Shown: positions 19,693 to 32,370, counted from the first letter of the stretch. The stretch: DNA of 64,000 nt from a bacterium (GCA_963675755.2 CAXXMD010000002.1:512001-576000); one strand, 5' to 3'. A program made the numbers and translations. The notes: a model not told the origin generated them from the letters alone.

Positions 19693-20283
19693 ATGCTTAA
19701 TGTCGTTGAAATATTTAATCAATTCCTTGAACAGCAAATAGAGCTGTATGGTGACGACCTTGTAATTGACAAAGGTCTTATAAATTCCCGAAACGAATTG
19801 GTTGATGAAAAAATCGAACAGGATGAGCCTTTTTGGGAAACAAAGGGTGATTCTACAAAAAAAGCCTGGATTATCATTGACGCTGTAACTCGTGATGGTA
19901 ACAGTGTGGCGTTTGATTTAAATGATAACGCAGGTAATTTGTTTGTTAAAATTTTAAAAGCGATTCAATTGACAGTAAATGATTTATTTATCATTTCGGT
20001 AGGAGAGTTGCAAAATAATATTCAATTTGCAACAAGCCAAATTGATGAACTTTTTAGCAATTCCAAACCTGATGCAATTTTGTGTTTTGGTGTTGATGCA
20101 ACAAGAATATTTTTTAAAACGTCTAATATAGAAAAGAATAGAGATCAGGTGATAGATTATAGCGGTGTTAAAGTTTTGACTACTTTTCATCCTGCTAATT
20201 TGCTTAAAGATCCTGCTTTAAAACATGATACCTGGAAAGATGTTCAGGTATTTCAAAAATTGATAGATGCTGTGAATGAGTGA
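19693..20283 (+). CDS. Degenerate family-4 uracil-DNA-glycosylase-fold protein
   Basis: The scaffold is recognisable (AGNLFVKILKAI, KPDAILCFG, TTFHPANLL..P.LK..TWKD), but GEAPG, N..KCRPP and the Fe-S cysteines are absent. Confidence 0.7.
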   Translation: MLNVVEIFNQFLEQQIELYGDDLVIDKGLINSRNELVDEKIEQDEPFWETKGDSTKKAWIIIDAVTRDGNSVAFDLNDNAGNLFVKILKAIQLTVNDLFIISVGELQNNIQFATSQIDELFSNSKPDAILCFGVDATRIFFKTSNIEKNRDQVIDYSGVKVLTTFHPANLLKDPALKHDTWKDVQVFQKLIDAVNE

Positions 20284-21655
20284 TGATCATACAATAACAA
20301 GAGTTCCGCCCCAGGCTATTGAAGCAGAAATGGCAGTTTTAGGTGGAATGATGATAGATAGCCAGGCAGCCAGTACCGTTATGGAAAAGCTGCAGGATGA
20401 TAGCTTTTACAAAGAATCACATAAAAAGATTTTTCAAGCCGGTTTTTCATTATATGAACGCAATGAACCGGTTGATCTGCTAACCGTATCCAATGAACTT
20501 GAGAAACATCAGAGTCTTGAAGCCGTTGGCGGACATTTTTATTTAACTGAACTTGTAGAGCGAATTCCTTCGGCGGCCAATATTGATTATTACTGCAATA
20601 TTGTACGTGATAAGGGATTATTAAGGAAATTGATTACAATTTCCAATGATGTACAGCAGGAATGCTATTCCGCGACTGATGAAGCAATGGATGTAATTGA
20701 CCGAGCAGAGCAGCAGATATTTGCAATATCTGACAATCGTGGAAGAAACCAGTTTGAACACATCGGACCTATTATGCATGAAACCATGGAAAAGATTGAA
20801 GGTTTTCATGAGCATGAAGGAGGTGTTACTGGTGTTACAATCGGTTTTAAAGATATGGATGAGATGCTATCAGGATTTCAAAATTCTGATTTGATTATTT
20901 TAGCGGCACGCCCATCCATGGGAAAAACAGCTTTTGCTTTGAATATCGCCCGGAATGCTGCCATTAAAGGCAACACACCGGTTGGTATTTTTAGCCTTGA
21001 AATGGCTTCTTATCAGTTGGTTATGCGTATGCTGTGCTCTGAAGCCAGAGTAGATTCTCATGCTGTACGTACCGGTAGATTGCCTGAAAATCAATGGCAA
21101 AATCTGAGTCGTGTTGCCGGTCAATTGGCTGAAGCACCAATATATATTGATGATACGCCAGGTTTAAATATTATGGAACTTCGTTCCAAAGCCAGGCGTC
21201 TCAAAGTTGAGCACGATATCGGAATGATTGTAGTCGACTATTTGCAATTGTTACGTGGTGTTGGCAGGGTAGAGAGCCGTCAGATAGAGATTGCACAAAT
21301 TTCTCAATCTCTGAAAAACCTTGCAAAAGAATTGGATATACCCGTACTGTCTCTTTCTCAGCTTTCACGTGCGGTCGAGTCCCGTGGTGGAGATCATCGA
21401 CCCATGTTATCGGATTTGCGTGAATCTGGAGCAATTGAGCAGGATGCAGATGTAGTTATGTTTATTTACCGACCAGCAGCCTATGGAGTTGTTGAGCCGG
21501 AGCTGGAAAATGTGGCAGAAATTATTATTGCTAAACAACGTAATGGCCCGGTAGGTACTGTTGAACTTGTATTCTTGAGGGATTACGTTCAATTTGCTGA
21601 TAAGGATGTGCATCACGCACTTGAAGTTCCAACAATCAAGAGTGATCCATTCTAA
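20276..21655 (+). CDS. dnaB: Replicative DNA helicase
   Basis: PPQAIEAE, AARPSMGKT, FSLEM, DYLQL, LSQLSR, LRESGAIEQDAD, KQRNGP. No intein. Confidence 0.98.
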   Translation: MSDDHTITRVPPQAIEAEMAVLGGMMIDSQAASTVMEKLQDDSFYKESHKKIFQAGFSLYERNEPVDLLTVSNELEKHQSLEAVGGHFYLTELVERIPSAANIDYYCNIVRDKGLLRKLITISNDVQQECYSATDEAMDVIDRAEQQIFAISDNRGRNQFEHIGPIMHETMEKIEGFHEHEGGVTGVTIGFKDMDEMLSGFQNSDLIILAARPSMGKTAFALNIARNAAIKGNTPVGIFSLEMASYQLVMRMLCSEARVDSHAVRTGRLPENQWQNLSRVAGQLAEAPIYIDDTPGLNIMELRSKARRLKVEHDIGMIVVDYLQLLRGVGRVESRQIEIAQISQSLKNLAKELDIPVLSLSQLSRAVESRGGDHRPMLSDLRESGAIEQDADVVMFIYRPAAYGVVEPELENVAEIIIAKQRNGPVGTVELVFLRDYVQFADKDVHHALEVPTIKSDPF

Positions 21656-21674
21656 ATATATTTGTAGGTGTTAA

Positions 21675-23834
21675 ATGCAGAATGTCCAAAATATAAATCA
21701 TTATACCAATGTGTTTGAAGGACTGCTGCAGCGTATTAAGCGATATAATCAAACAGCAGATATTGATTTATTGCGAAAAGCGTTTGAATACAGTTATCAA
21801 GCTCATATTGATCAGAGTCGTAAATCGGGTGAACCGTATTTCATTCACCCTCTTGAAGTTGCCAAGATACTGACCGGTCTTAAAATGGATTATGAAACCA
21901 TTGCCGGTGGCATGTTACATGATGTTGTTGAAGATACCAATATCAGCATTACGGATCTTGAAAATGAGTTTGGAACTAATATTGCTGTTCTGGTAGACGG
22001 CGTTACAAAAATTTCGGAATTAAAATTGCTGGGTTTTGAAACCCAGCAGTCAGAGAATTTCCGTAAAATGCTGTTATCTATGGTCAAAGATATCAGAGTT
22101 ATTTTGATAAAATTCGCCGACCGTCTCCATAATATGCGAACAATAGACCATTTGCCTGAACACAAGCGTAAAAGAATTGCTTTGGAAACGCGTGAAGTTT
22201 ACGCTCCATTAGCACATCGCTTGGGTTTGGCTAAAATCAAATCTGAACTTGAAGATTTATCTTTGAAAACTTTGGAACCGGATGTTTATCAGGATCTTGC
22301 TAGTCGAATTCAGACGACCAAGAATCAACGTGAAATCGCAATACAACAGGTTACCAGACCTATTCGTAAAGCATTAGCAGAAGCAAAGATCTATGCGCGG
22401 TTCGAAGGAAGAGCAAAGCATTTTTATAGTATATACAACAAGATTAATGTACGGGGCGTAGCTTTTGAAGAAATTTTCGATTTATTGGCTATCCGTATTA
22501 TTGTTGAAAAAATGGAAGAATGTTATCATGCATTGGGTATTGTACACTCTATTTTTAATCCATTGCATGAAAGATTTAAAGATTATATAGCAACACCCAA
22601 GTCCAATGGATATCAGTCTATACACACAACAGTGATTGGTCCAGAGGGTAAAAAATTTGAAATACAGTTGCGTACCGAACAGATGCATAGAACAGCTGAA
22701 GATGGTATTGCGGCACATTGGCGTTACAAAGAAGGTAAACTCCGTGAAGATGATCTGGACAAGCATCTTGTCTGGTTAAGGCAAGTGTTGGACTTTGAAG
22801 ATCCGGATTCCGATAAATCTTCTTTTATGGAACATTTGAAAATCAATCTGTTCCAGGATGAGGTTTTTGTTTTTACGCCAAAAGGTGATTTACACAGGTT
22901 ACCTGTTCGTTCAACACCTGTTGATTTTGCTTTTTCTGTTCACACAGATGTTGGTTTACATACGTTGGCAGCAAAGATTAATGGAAGAATTGTTCCATTA
23001 AGTTACGAACTGAAAAATGGTGATTCTGTAGAAATTATTACTTCTGCAAATCAACGTCCCAATGAAGATTGGTTAAAGTTTGTTACAACCAGTAAAGCCA
23101 AAGGCAAAATTAAAAAGTGGTTACGTGACTCCAAGTTTGAAAGCAGTATACAACTTGGTGGAGAAATGCTGTTAAAAGCTTTACGTAAATTTTCAATAAA
23201 GCTCAAGACAGTTGATCTCAATGATATAGCTCAAAAGATGAAATTAAAAGATGAGAAAGATCTTTTAGCTTCAATTGGGCGAGGAGATACCAAGGTAGAT
23301 ACGGTATTACGACGTATTCTTCCTGAAGATACCCAAAAAACAGCTGATACAAATGTTTTTTCAAAATTACTTGATAAGGCCCGCAAGTCAAGCAAAGGTA
23401 TTCGGGTTGCAGGTATTGATAATGTAATGATCAGCTTTGGTAAATGTTGTAATCCCGTTCCTGGTGAACCTATTACAGGTATAGTTACAAAGGGACGTGG
23501 AATTGTTGTTCATTCAAATAATTGTAATAATCTGCACAAGTTGATGCAGGAACCTGACAGAATTGTTGAAGTTTCCTGGGATGTTGACAAGAACAACCGT
23601 TTTCTTGCAGGACTTTACATTCTTGGAGAACGAAAAAATAATTTATTACCCAATCTGTCAGAAACCATTACAAAAGCAGATTGTATTATAAGCAGCATTA
23701 AAATGACTTCAGAAGATTCTCTAGTTACTTGTATCTTGAGTATTGAAGTATATAATCTGGATCATTTAAAGCATGTTGTAACCCAGATCAATAAAATCGA
23801 TGGTGTGATCTCGGTAAATAGATTTAACGAATGA
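21675..23834 (+). CDS. rel: Bifunctional (p)ppGpp synthetase/hydrolase (long RSH)
   Basis: RKSGEPYFIHP, LHDVVED, ADRLHNMRT, RFKDY, NGYQSIHT, TGS (FTPKG), CCNPVPG, C-terminal ACT. Confidence 0.96.
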   Translation: MQNVQNINHYTNVFEGLLQRIKRYNQTADIDLLRKAFEYSYQAHIDQSRKSGEPYFIHPLEVAKILTGLKMDYETIAGGMLHDVVEDTNISITDLENEFGTNIAVLVDGVTKISELKLLGFETQQSENFRKMLLSMVKDIRVILIKFADRLHNMRTIDHLPEHKRKRIALETREVYAPLAHRLGLAKIKSELEDLSLKTLEPDVYQDLASRIQTTKNQREIAIQQVTRPIRKALAEAKIYARFEGRAKHFYSIYNKINVRGVAFEEIFDLLAIRIIVEKMEECYHALGIVHSIFNPLHERFKDYIATPKSNGYQSIHTTVIGPEGKKFEIQLRTEQMHRTAEDGIAAHWRYKEGKLREDDLDKHLVWLRQVLDFEDPDSDKSSFMEHLKINLFQDEVFVFTPKGDLHRLPVRSTPVDFAFSVHTDVGLHTLAAKINGRIVPLSYELKNGDSVEIITSANQRPNEDWLKFVTTSKAKGKIKKWLRDSKFESSIQLGGEMLLKALRKFSIKLKTVDLNDIAQKMKLKDEKDLLASIGRGDTKVDTVLRRILPEDTQKTADTNVFSKLLDKARKSSKGIRVAGIDNVMISFGKCCNPVPGEPITGIVTKGRGIVVHSNNCNNLHKLMQEPDRIVEVSWDVDKNNRFLAGLYILGERKNNLLPNLSETITKADCIISSIKMTSEDSLVTCILSIEVYNLDHLKHVVTQINKIDGVISVNRFNE

Positions 23835-23885
23835 TTTACTTGAATTACGATAACTGAATTTCACATAACTTAAGGAGTCAAGTCA

Positions 23886-24221
23886 ATGACAACGCAAGTT
23901 ACAAAAAGCACTATAACCAAAAAGGATGTTTCAAAACGAACTGCCAAGATTGTCAATGAAAAAATATATCTTACCGAAAAAGTAGTTGACGGTGTTTTTC
24001 AAGCGCTTCGTGAATTCATGGCAGAAGCCGATCCAGAAGTTCGCATTGAAATCCGTGATTTTGGTGTTTTTGAAGTGAAAAAGACCAAGCCTAAACCAAA
24101 AGCAAGAAATCCGAAAACTGGTGAAATCATTTACGTGCCTGCACGTAGAAAAACACATTTCAAAGCTGGCAAGTTGTTAAAAGAAGTGTTGAAAACCCCA
24201 TTGGATGAACTTGAAGATTGA
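23886..24221 (+). CDS. HU/IHF family DNA-binding protein (second paralog)
   Basis: IEIRDFGVFEV, ARNPKTGE, HFKAGK. RBS AAGGAG. Confidence 0.93.
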   Translation: MTTQVTKSTITKKDVSKRTAKIVNEKIYLTEKVVDGVFQALREFMAEADPEVRIEIRDFGVFEVKKTKPKPKARNPKTGEIIYVPARRKTHFKAGKLLKEVLKTPLDELED

Positions 24222-24251
24222 TAAATTGCAAATGACGGGTTTGATTCTTTT

Positions 24252-24707
24252 ATGAATATGAATGTCCCATTGGGTCGGATTTTAGCTATTGATTTTGGTG
24301 AAAAGCGGATTGGTATTGCTGCTAGTGATCCGATGCAATCTTTGGCTTCAGCATTATGTACAATTGACAATACGCCCAAAAAGAAATTTGCAAAAATTGT
24401 TGATTTGGTACAGCAACATCAAATTGTTGCAATAGTTGTGGGAATGCCCCTCAATATGGATGGATCAATGGGGGATAAAGCTGTTTTGGTCCAGCAATTT
24501 GTTGATAAACTCGAGCTAAGAGTGCCTAAAATTCCTGTCTTTACCTGGGATGAAAGGATGACAACTATTAGTGCTGAAAAAGTTTTGCATGAAGTTGGCA
24601 AAGCTCCTTCAAAAAACAGACATATTATTGATCAGATTGCAGCTGAAATAATTTTGAAATCATTTCTAGACAGACTTTCATTTATCAAACGCAATAGTTC
24701 AATCTAG
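24252..24707 (+). CDS. ruvX: Holliday junction resolvase-like / pre-16S rRNA nuclease YqgF (RuvX)
   Basis: LAIDFGEKRIGIA, VVGMPLNMDG, WDERMTT, IDQIAA. Confidence 0.95.
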   Translation: MNMNVPLGRILAIDFGEKRIGIAASDPMQSLASALCTIDNTPKKKFAKIVDLVQQHQIVAIVVGMPLNMDGSMGDKAVLVQQFVDKLELRVPKIPVFTWDERMTTISAEKVLHEVGKAPSKNRHIIDQIAAEIILKSFLDRLSFIKRNSSI

Positions 24708-24765
24708 TATAATAATGATCATTTGCATACAATAGTGTTATCGGATTTTCCTCAGAAGGATGTAG

Positions 24766-26334
24766 ATGAAAAAAAAACTTTTCCTTGCTATACTTACCGG
24801 TCTCTTGTTCGCTGCTGCATTACCACCTTTTAAAACCGGTTTTCTTGCTTACCTTGCACTGGTTCCTTTTTATTTTCAATTAAAAGACCTTGGTATTAAA
24901 GATGCCTTTCGTTGGGGGTATGTAACAGGTGTTTTAGTTGATATATTTACTTTGTTCTGGATTGCCTGGGTTACCAAAGCTGGTTTTTTTGGTGCCTTGT
25001 TGATATTACCTCTGTATTTTAGTATTTATGCAATTTTACATGTGATTTTATTACGAAATTTGAAAAAATGGGCATATATTATTTTGCCATTTTTGTGGGT
25101 ATTTTTTGAATATATACAATCCTTGTCAGAAATTGCTTTCCCCTGGAATTATCTTGGATATACACAATCTTATTATTTGTATTTTATACAAATCGCTGAC
25201 ATAACATCAGTTTTTGGTGTAAGCTTTTGGATTGCTTGCTTGAATGTTCTCATCTATTTGGCAATTTTAAATCGTGATAAATTATCAAATATTTTACGCT
25301 ATGCTATAATTTTTGTAGTAATTTTTATAGTGCCTTTAATTTATGGCATTTACAAATTTAAAACTTTTCGTTCCAGTGAAAATAAAATCAAGGTTGCGCT
25401 TGTACAGGGTAATATCGATCCTTTCGAAAAATGGAATAGAGATCTTGAAGAATCACATTTTAATATATATGCGGATCATACCGCCAAAGCCAGCATGGAA
25501 GATGCCGATCTGGTAATCTGGCCGGAAACCGCAACAGCTTTTTATTTGCGCTATGAAGCAAAATATTTGCAGCGTGTAAGAGACATGCTGGATACAACCA
25601 AAACTGCATTGATAACCGGTTCTATTGATTTTAGTTACGACTCTACCAATGCCTTTATTTATTTCAATTCAGCACTTGGATTTCAGCCCAATCTTCCTTA
25701 TATTCAGCGATATTCGAAAATGATTCTGGTGCCCTTTTCTGAAAAAGTGCCGTACCTGAATTATTTTCCTTTTAATTTGTTGAAACATTTGTTATTTGAC
25801 ATGGAATTAGGTATAGGAAATTATACCAAAGGTGACAAGTACAAGTTGTTTTCTTTTTCAACTCGATCCATTTACGAAAAAGAACCTTATGGATATCGAT
25901 ACAAAGTTGCTGTTCCAATCTGTTTCGAGTCTGTTTTTCCAAATCATATTCGCTTGTTGACTCGTAAAGGTGCAGATATGCTGGCAATTATCACAAACGA
26001 TGCCTGGTTTGGGAAAACAACTGCGCCTTATCAACATACCCAGATTGCAGTTTTTCGAGCAATTGAAAACCGAATCCCTGTTGCGCGTTGCGCTAATACC
26101 GGGGTTTCATGTTTTATTGACCCTTTTGGAAGAGTGTCGGAACAAACTGAAATTTTCAAAGTTGCTAATACCGAAAAGGTTATAGAATTAAGCAATTGTG
26201 ATACTTTATACAAATCATTTGGCAACATTTTTGCTCAAATAGTATCGAGTATTGCTTTAATTGCGGTGCTGTTTTCGATTGTTTTGCAATTTAAAAGGCG
26301 GGGGAGAGGAATTAATAACTTGAACGTGAATTAG
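24766..26334 (+). CDS. lnt: Apolipoprotein N-acyltransferase
   Basis: Multiple TM helices, FPWNYLGY, VQGNI, triad WPET / K..LVPFSE / ICFES, TNDAWF, RAIENR, ANTGVS. Confidence 0.96.
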   Translation: MKKKLFLAILTGLLFAAALPPFKTGFLAYLALVPFYFQLKDLGIKDAFRWGYVTGVLVDIFTLFWIAWVTKAGFFGALLILPLYFSIYAILHVILLRNLKKWAYIILPFLWVFFEYIQSLSEIAFPWNYLGYTQSYYLYFIQIADITSVFGVSFWIACLNVLIYLAILNRDKLSNILRYAIIFVVIFIVPLIYGIYKFKTFRSSENKIKVALVQGNIDPFEKWNRDLEESHFNIYADHTAKASMEDADLVIWPETATAFYLRYEAKYLQRVRDMLDTTKTALITGSIDFSYDSTNAFIYFNSALGFQPNLPYIQRYSKMILVPFSEKVPYLNYFPFNLLKHLLFDMELGIGNYTKGDKYKLFSFSTRSIYEKEPYGYRYKVAVPICFESVFPNHIRLLTRKGADMLAIITNDAWFGKTTAPYQHTQIAVFRAIENRIPVARCANTGVSCFIDPFGRVSEQTEIFKVANTEKVIELSNCDTLYKSFGNIFAQIVSSIALIAVLFSIVLQFKRRGRGINNLNVN

Positions 26335-26338
26335 ACTT

Positions 26339-27352
26339 TTGAACAAGATTTTTATATTATTGCTTTTATTGACTATACCTGCTTTTGCAAATAGTCATAT
26401 ATATAACATGACTCATACAATTAAATCGCATTCTATTGCGGTTGGTGATGCGTTTACTGCTGTTAGTAGTGGTTTAAACAGTACAATGTTTAATCCTGCA
26501 ACGTTGGGTTTAAATAAATTTACAAATACTGTTAAATATAATGCTTATTTAAATCCAACTGGTGCATATTCTTTGATTGATGAATATGGTGATATAACTG
26601 ATTCCAGAAATATGGAATCTATGGATTATGTACATCTGTTTGGTTCTGTTTTTAAGGGTTTTACTTTTGCGCGTCCGGCTTTTTCTGCTGCATTGGTATT
26701 ATCTGAACCGTTAATGAACATGAATAGTTTATCAATTGAAGATAGAAACCGAATGATTTCCAGTAAATATTTACTGGATAGTAATTATGATATTTTAACT
26801 TTAAAGCTTGAACTTGCTGAACAAATTGCTATCGGTGCGTCAGGTTTTTTATTTACAACATCTGATGATAGTTCTTTTAATAGGCAAAATGGTACTTCTT
26901 ATGGTGTATTTTTAAAACCATATCCTTTTTTTGCTGTTGGTGTTTGTTATTTTGATGTACCCAAAAATGTATCAGAAATTTTATTTCAAAATAACAGATT
27001 GCTTGATGAAACAATTAATGTTGGTATACAATTTACTGTTGAAAATTTAGCTGTAAATTTAGATGTTCGCAACGTATCTGACGAAGAAAAGCATAATATC
27101 CGTGAAGTTCACACAGGGTTGGAATACAATATATTAAATGTAACCTCTCTTCGCTGTGGTTACTATTATGAACAGGAAAATGATACACATGTATATTCTG
27201 CAGGATTCGGTCTTTTAAATAATAATTTTCTTCATTCAATTGAAGATTCTTTTATTAATAATGATTTTGCCATTAATTATGGTATTCAGTATCGAAAAGG
27301 CCCCCTAAACAATATCTATTATCATTATCTTGGTTTTTTATTGAGATTTTAG
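26339..27352 (+). CDS. Divergent PorV/FadL-like outer-membrane beta-barrel (hypothetical)
   Basis: Signal peptide, SIAVGDAFTAV...MFNPATL, GLEY..LRCGYY, YSAGFGL, C-terminal Phe (GFLLRF). Confidence 0.6.
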   Translation: MNKIFILLLLLTIPAFANSHIYNMTHTIKSHSIAVGDAFTAVSSGLNSTMFNPATLGLNKFTNTVKYNAYLNPTGAYSLIDEYGDITDSRNMESMDYVHLFGSVFKGFTFARPAFSAALVLSEPLMNMNSLSIEDRNRMISSKYLLDSNYDILTLKLELAEQIAIGASGFLFTTSDDSSFNRQNGTSYGVFLKPYPFFAVGVCYFDVPKNVSEILFQNNRLLDETINVGIQFTVENLAVNLDVRNVSDEEKHNIREVHTGLEYNILNVTSLRCGYYYEQENDTHVYSAGFGLLNNNFLHSIEDSFINNDFAINYGIQYRKGPLNNIYYHYLGFLLRF

Positions 27353-27378
27353 GAACTTGAATCATTATAAAAAGTTAA

Positions 27379-27996
27379 ATGAACGTATTTGTTAAAACAA
27401 GTTTATTAATTTTTCTTTATGGGCAACTCGTGATTGCTCAGATTAATAATGCCGCTACTTTGAATAATTTAGCAGTATTTAAAAAACTTGTTAACACGAG
27501 TATAGAAAAATATATTGAACCTGTAGAGAACAATAATTCAATTATTTTAAAAGTTCAGGCTCCGGATGATTTTAAATGGATTTTTGAAGAACAAGTATCA
27601 AGTTTAGCAAATAATAATTCTATTGCTGCTGTATACAATTTTCCAAAGACGGACAGTATTCAATCTGCTCTTTTACTCGATATCAATTTACAAAAAAGTA
27701 AAACAGAGTACAAAACATACTCTTTTTTACCAAAAGATAAAATAATTAGATATATCTATCTGGACTATTATATTAAATTAACTCAATCTGATAATAAAGT
27801 ACTTTTATCAGAACAATATACAAATACATATCAAGATACCATTAAATCAGACCAGATAAATCAATTACAGGATATCAATTATCCCTTTACAATAGGTAAA
27901 AAACAAAGCAAAATAAAAAATATATTTGAACCCTTGTTGATTATGTCGGTAACCGGGACGATTATTTATATTTTTTATGCATTCAGGAGTAAATAG
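27379..27996 (+). CDS. Hypothetical protein with signal peptide and C-terminal TM anchor
   Basis: Hydrophobic N-terminus; C-terminus IFEPLLIMSVTGTIIYIFYAFRSK; overlaps or abuts bamD. Confidence 0.7.
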   Translation: MNVFVKTSLLIFLYGQLVIAQINNAATLNNLAVFKKLVNTSIEKYIEPVENNNSIILKVQAPDDFKWIFEEQVSSLANNNSIAAVYNFPKTDSIQSALLLDINLQKSKTEYKTYSFLPKDKIIRYIYLDYYIKLTQSDNKVLLSEQYTNTYQDTIKSDQINQLQDINYPFTIGKKQSKIKNIFEPLLIMSVTGTIIYIFYAFRSK

Positions 27997-28015
27997 AAAC
28001 AGGGACAAACCACTT

Positions 28016-28816
28016 ATGAAACTTAAACTTACTACATTACTCGTACTCTTGCTCTCAATTCTGTTTTTGACAGCATGTGGATCAAAAAAATTAAAACCCA
28101 ATCTTCCCATTGAAGAACGAATGAAGCTCGCGATTGAAATGTTTGAAAAAGAAGATTATTATGATGCTAAAACTCAATTCAGAATTGTTACACTGAGTTA
28201 CAGTGGGCATGCTATGGCTGATAAAGCTCAGTTTTATTTAGCAGAATGCCATTTTTATGAAAAAGAATACATCCTTTCAGCGAGTGAATATGAAAGATTG
28301 ATAAAGGTTTTCCCGAATTCAGAATATGTTGATGATGCTAAATATAAACTTGGTAAAAGTTACAGCATGCTTGCACCAAATCCTGCATTAGATCAAGAAT
28401 ACACGGAAAAAGCAATCAAAGAATATCAGGAATTTCTTGAAGATTATTATTTCAGCCCATTGGTTGAAACCGTTGAAAAAGAACTTGCTACCGCTAAAAA
28501 CAAAATGGCTAAAAAATTATATGATGCGGCTACCCAATATCGTAAAATGAGCCAATCACAAGCTGCTATTATCTATTACAACAAAGTTCTTGAAGGATAT
28601 TATGAATCTGATTATGCTCCATTATCCCAATACTGGATTGGTGAATGTCATAAACGTTTAAAAGAATATACCAATGCACGTGATGCCTATAATTCATTTA
28701 TTGAAAAATATCCCAAACATGATTTAATCTCAAAAGCAAGAGAACGGTTGGAGGATATTCAAGATGAAATTGCCAAACAGGAAAAAGAATCAGACAAGGG
28801 AGATACAAATACTTGA
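28016..28816 (+). CDS. bamD: Outer membrane assembly lipoprotein BamD
   Basis: Lipobox LTAC, TPR repeats (ADKAQFYLAE, FPNSEYVDDAKY), LDQEYT..AI. ATG 28016 preferred. Confidence 0.9.
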   Translation: MKLKLTTLLVLLLSILFLTACGSKKLKPNLPIEERMKLAIEMFEKEDYYDAKTQFRIVTLSYSGHAMADKAQFYLAECHFYEKEYILSASEYERLIKVFPNSEYVDDAKYKLGKSYSMLAPNPALDQEYTEKAIKEYQEFLEDYYFSPLVETVEKELATAKNKMAKKLYDAATQYRKMSQSQAAIIYYNKVLEGYYESDYAPLSQYWIGECHKRLKEYTNARDAYNSFIEKYPKHDLISKARERLEDIQDEIAKQEKESDKGDTNT

Positions 28817-29388
28817 GAATTTGCCTGTATGGCGGTACCTATGATCCAATTCACAATGCTCATTTAACCATTGCGGAATGTGCTGTTGATCAACTGTTTC
28901 TTGATGAACTCATTTTTATGCCTTCTGCAATTTCTCCGCACAAGACAGATCAAAATATAACCTCGTCTAATGCAAGATTGTTAATGGTACAAACAGCTAT
29001 ACAATCGTACCCTGCTTTTTCTGTTTCTGATTATGAAATGAAAAAACAGGGTATTTCTTTTACAATAAACACTGTAGAGTATCTGAGTTCATTGTATAAT
29101 GTTTCTCGTAATAATTTTTTTATGCTCATTGGTGGAGATAATTACAAGGACTTTGAAAGGTGGAAGGAGCCTGAAAAGATTCTTGAATTGTGTACACCCG
29201 TAGTGGCTGCTCGACCTGGTATTTCTTCTCGCAAGATAAAAAAGAATAATTTCATATTTCTTGATACCCCCTTGATGGATATCTCTTCAACTGATATCCG
29301 AAATCGTGTGAAGCAAAATAAACCCATAAATGAACTTGTACCTAAATCGGTAGCAGAGATTATTTATAAAAATAAACTCTATTTATGA
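28813..29388 (+). CDS. nadD: Nicotinate-nucleotide adenylyltransferase
   Basis: GGTYDPIHNAH, SPHK, SFTINT, IGGDN, ISSTDIR. Confidence 0.95.
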   Translation: MRICLYGGTYDPIHNAHLTIAECAVDQLFLDELIFMPSAISPHKTDQNITSSNARLLMVQTAIQSYPAFSVSDYEMKKQGISFTINTVEYLSSLYNVSRNNFFMLIGGDNYKDFERWKEPEKILELCTPVVAARPGISSRKIKKNNFIFLDTPLMDISSTDIRNRVKQNKPINELVPKSVAEIIYKNKLYL

Positions 29389-29699
29389 TCTGGGTCTTGT
29401 TTATCCATTGAATTCAAATGATCGTTTATTTCTGTTAGTGTATTATTGAATTGGAGGGGGTGACTGCGATAATACTCGATAACTTGCACAAAATCTTTTT
29501 CATTCATTTCGAACTTGACCAGTGATGAATCTAAAAGCTCTTCTTTAGGAGTATCCAGTGAATCCAGTTGAATTCTTTCAAGATAATCGGTGTATACCTT
29601 TAATCCTTTTTTGATTAATTCATCAGGTATTGTTTTATCGACAGTAGGTTTTGAGCAAAAAATAAATAATAAAAATAATAGAATAGCATAACGTTTCAT
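29379..29699 (-). CDS. DUF4296-like lipoprotein
   Basis: Lipoprotein-type signal ending FIFC; F...IEYYRSHP..F...L pattern. Convergent 10-bp overlap with nadD. Confidence 0.6.
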   Translation of the reverse strand: MKRYAILLFLLFIFCSKPTVDKTIPDELIKKGLKVYTDYLERIQLDSLDTPKEELLDSSLVKFEMNEKDFVQVIEYYRSHPLQFNNTLTEINDHLNSMDKQDPDHK

Positions 29700-29813
29700 T
29701 GTTTATCCTTGTTTAGGTTTGTTCAAATTAGAAAATAAATAATAAAAATACAATAACATTTCTTTGCTTGATTTTTAACAATATATTTGATAATTTTAAA
29801 ACTTGATGTTAAC

Positions 29814-29837
29814 AGCGCCGATTTATCGGCGCTTTTT
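29814..29837 (+). terminator. Terminator-like hairpin immediately upstream of radA
   Basis: AGCGCCGAT-TT-ATCGGCGCT-TTTT, ending 15 nt before the radA ATG. Confidence 0.55.
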
Positions 29838-29852
29838 GTATGAAAAATCCAA

Positions 29853-32349
<2,497 letters not shown>

Positions 32350-32370
32350 ACACATTAAAAGGAGTTTAAT

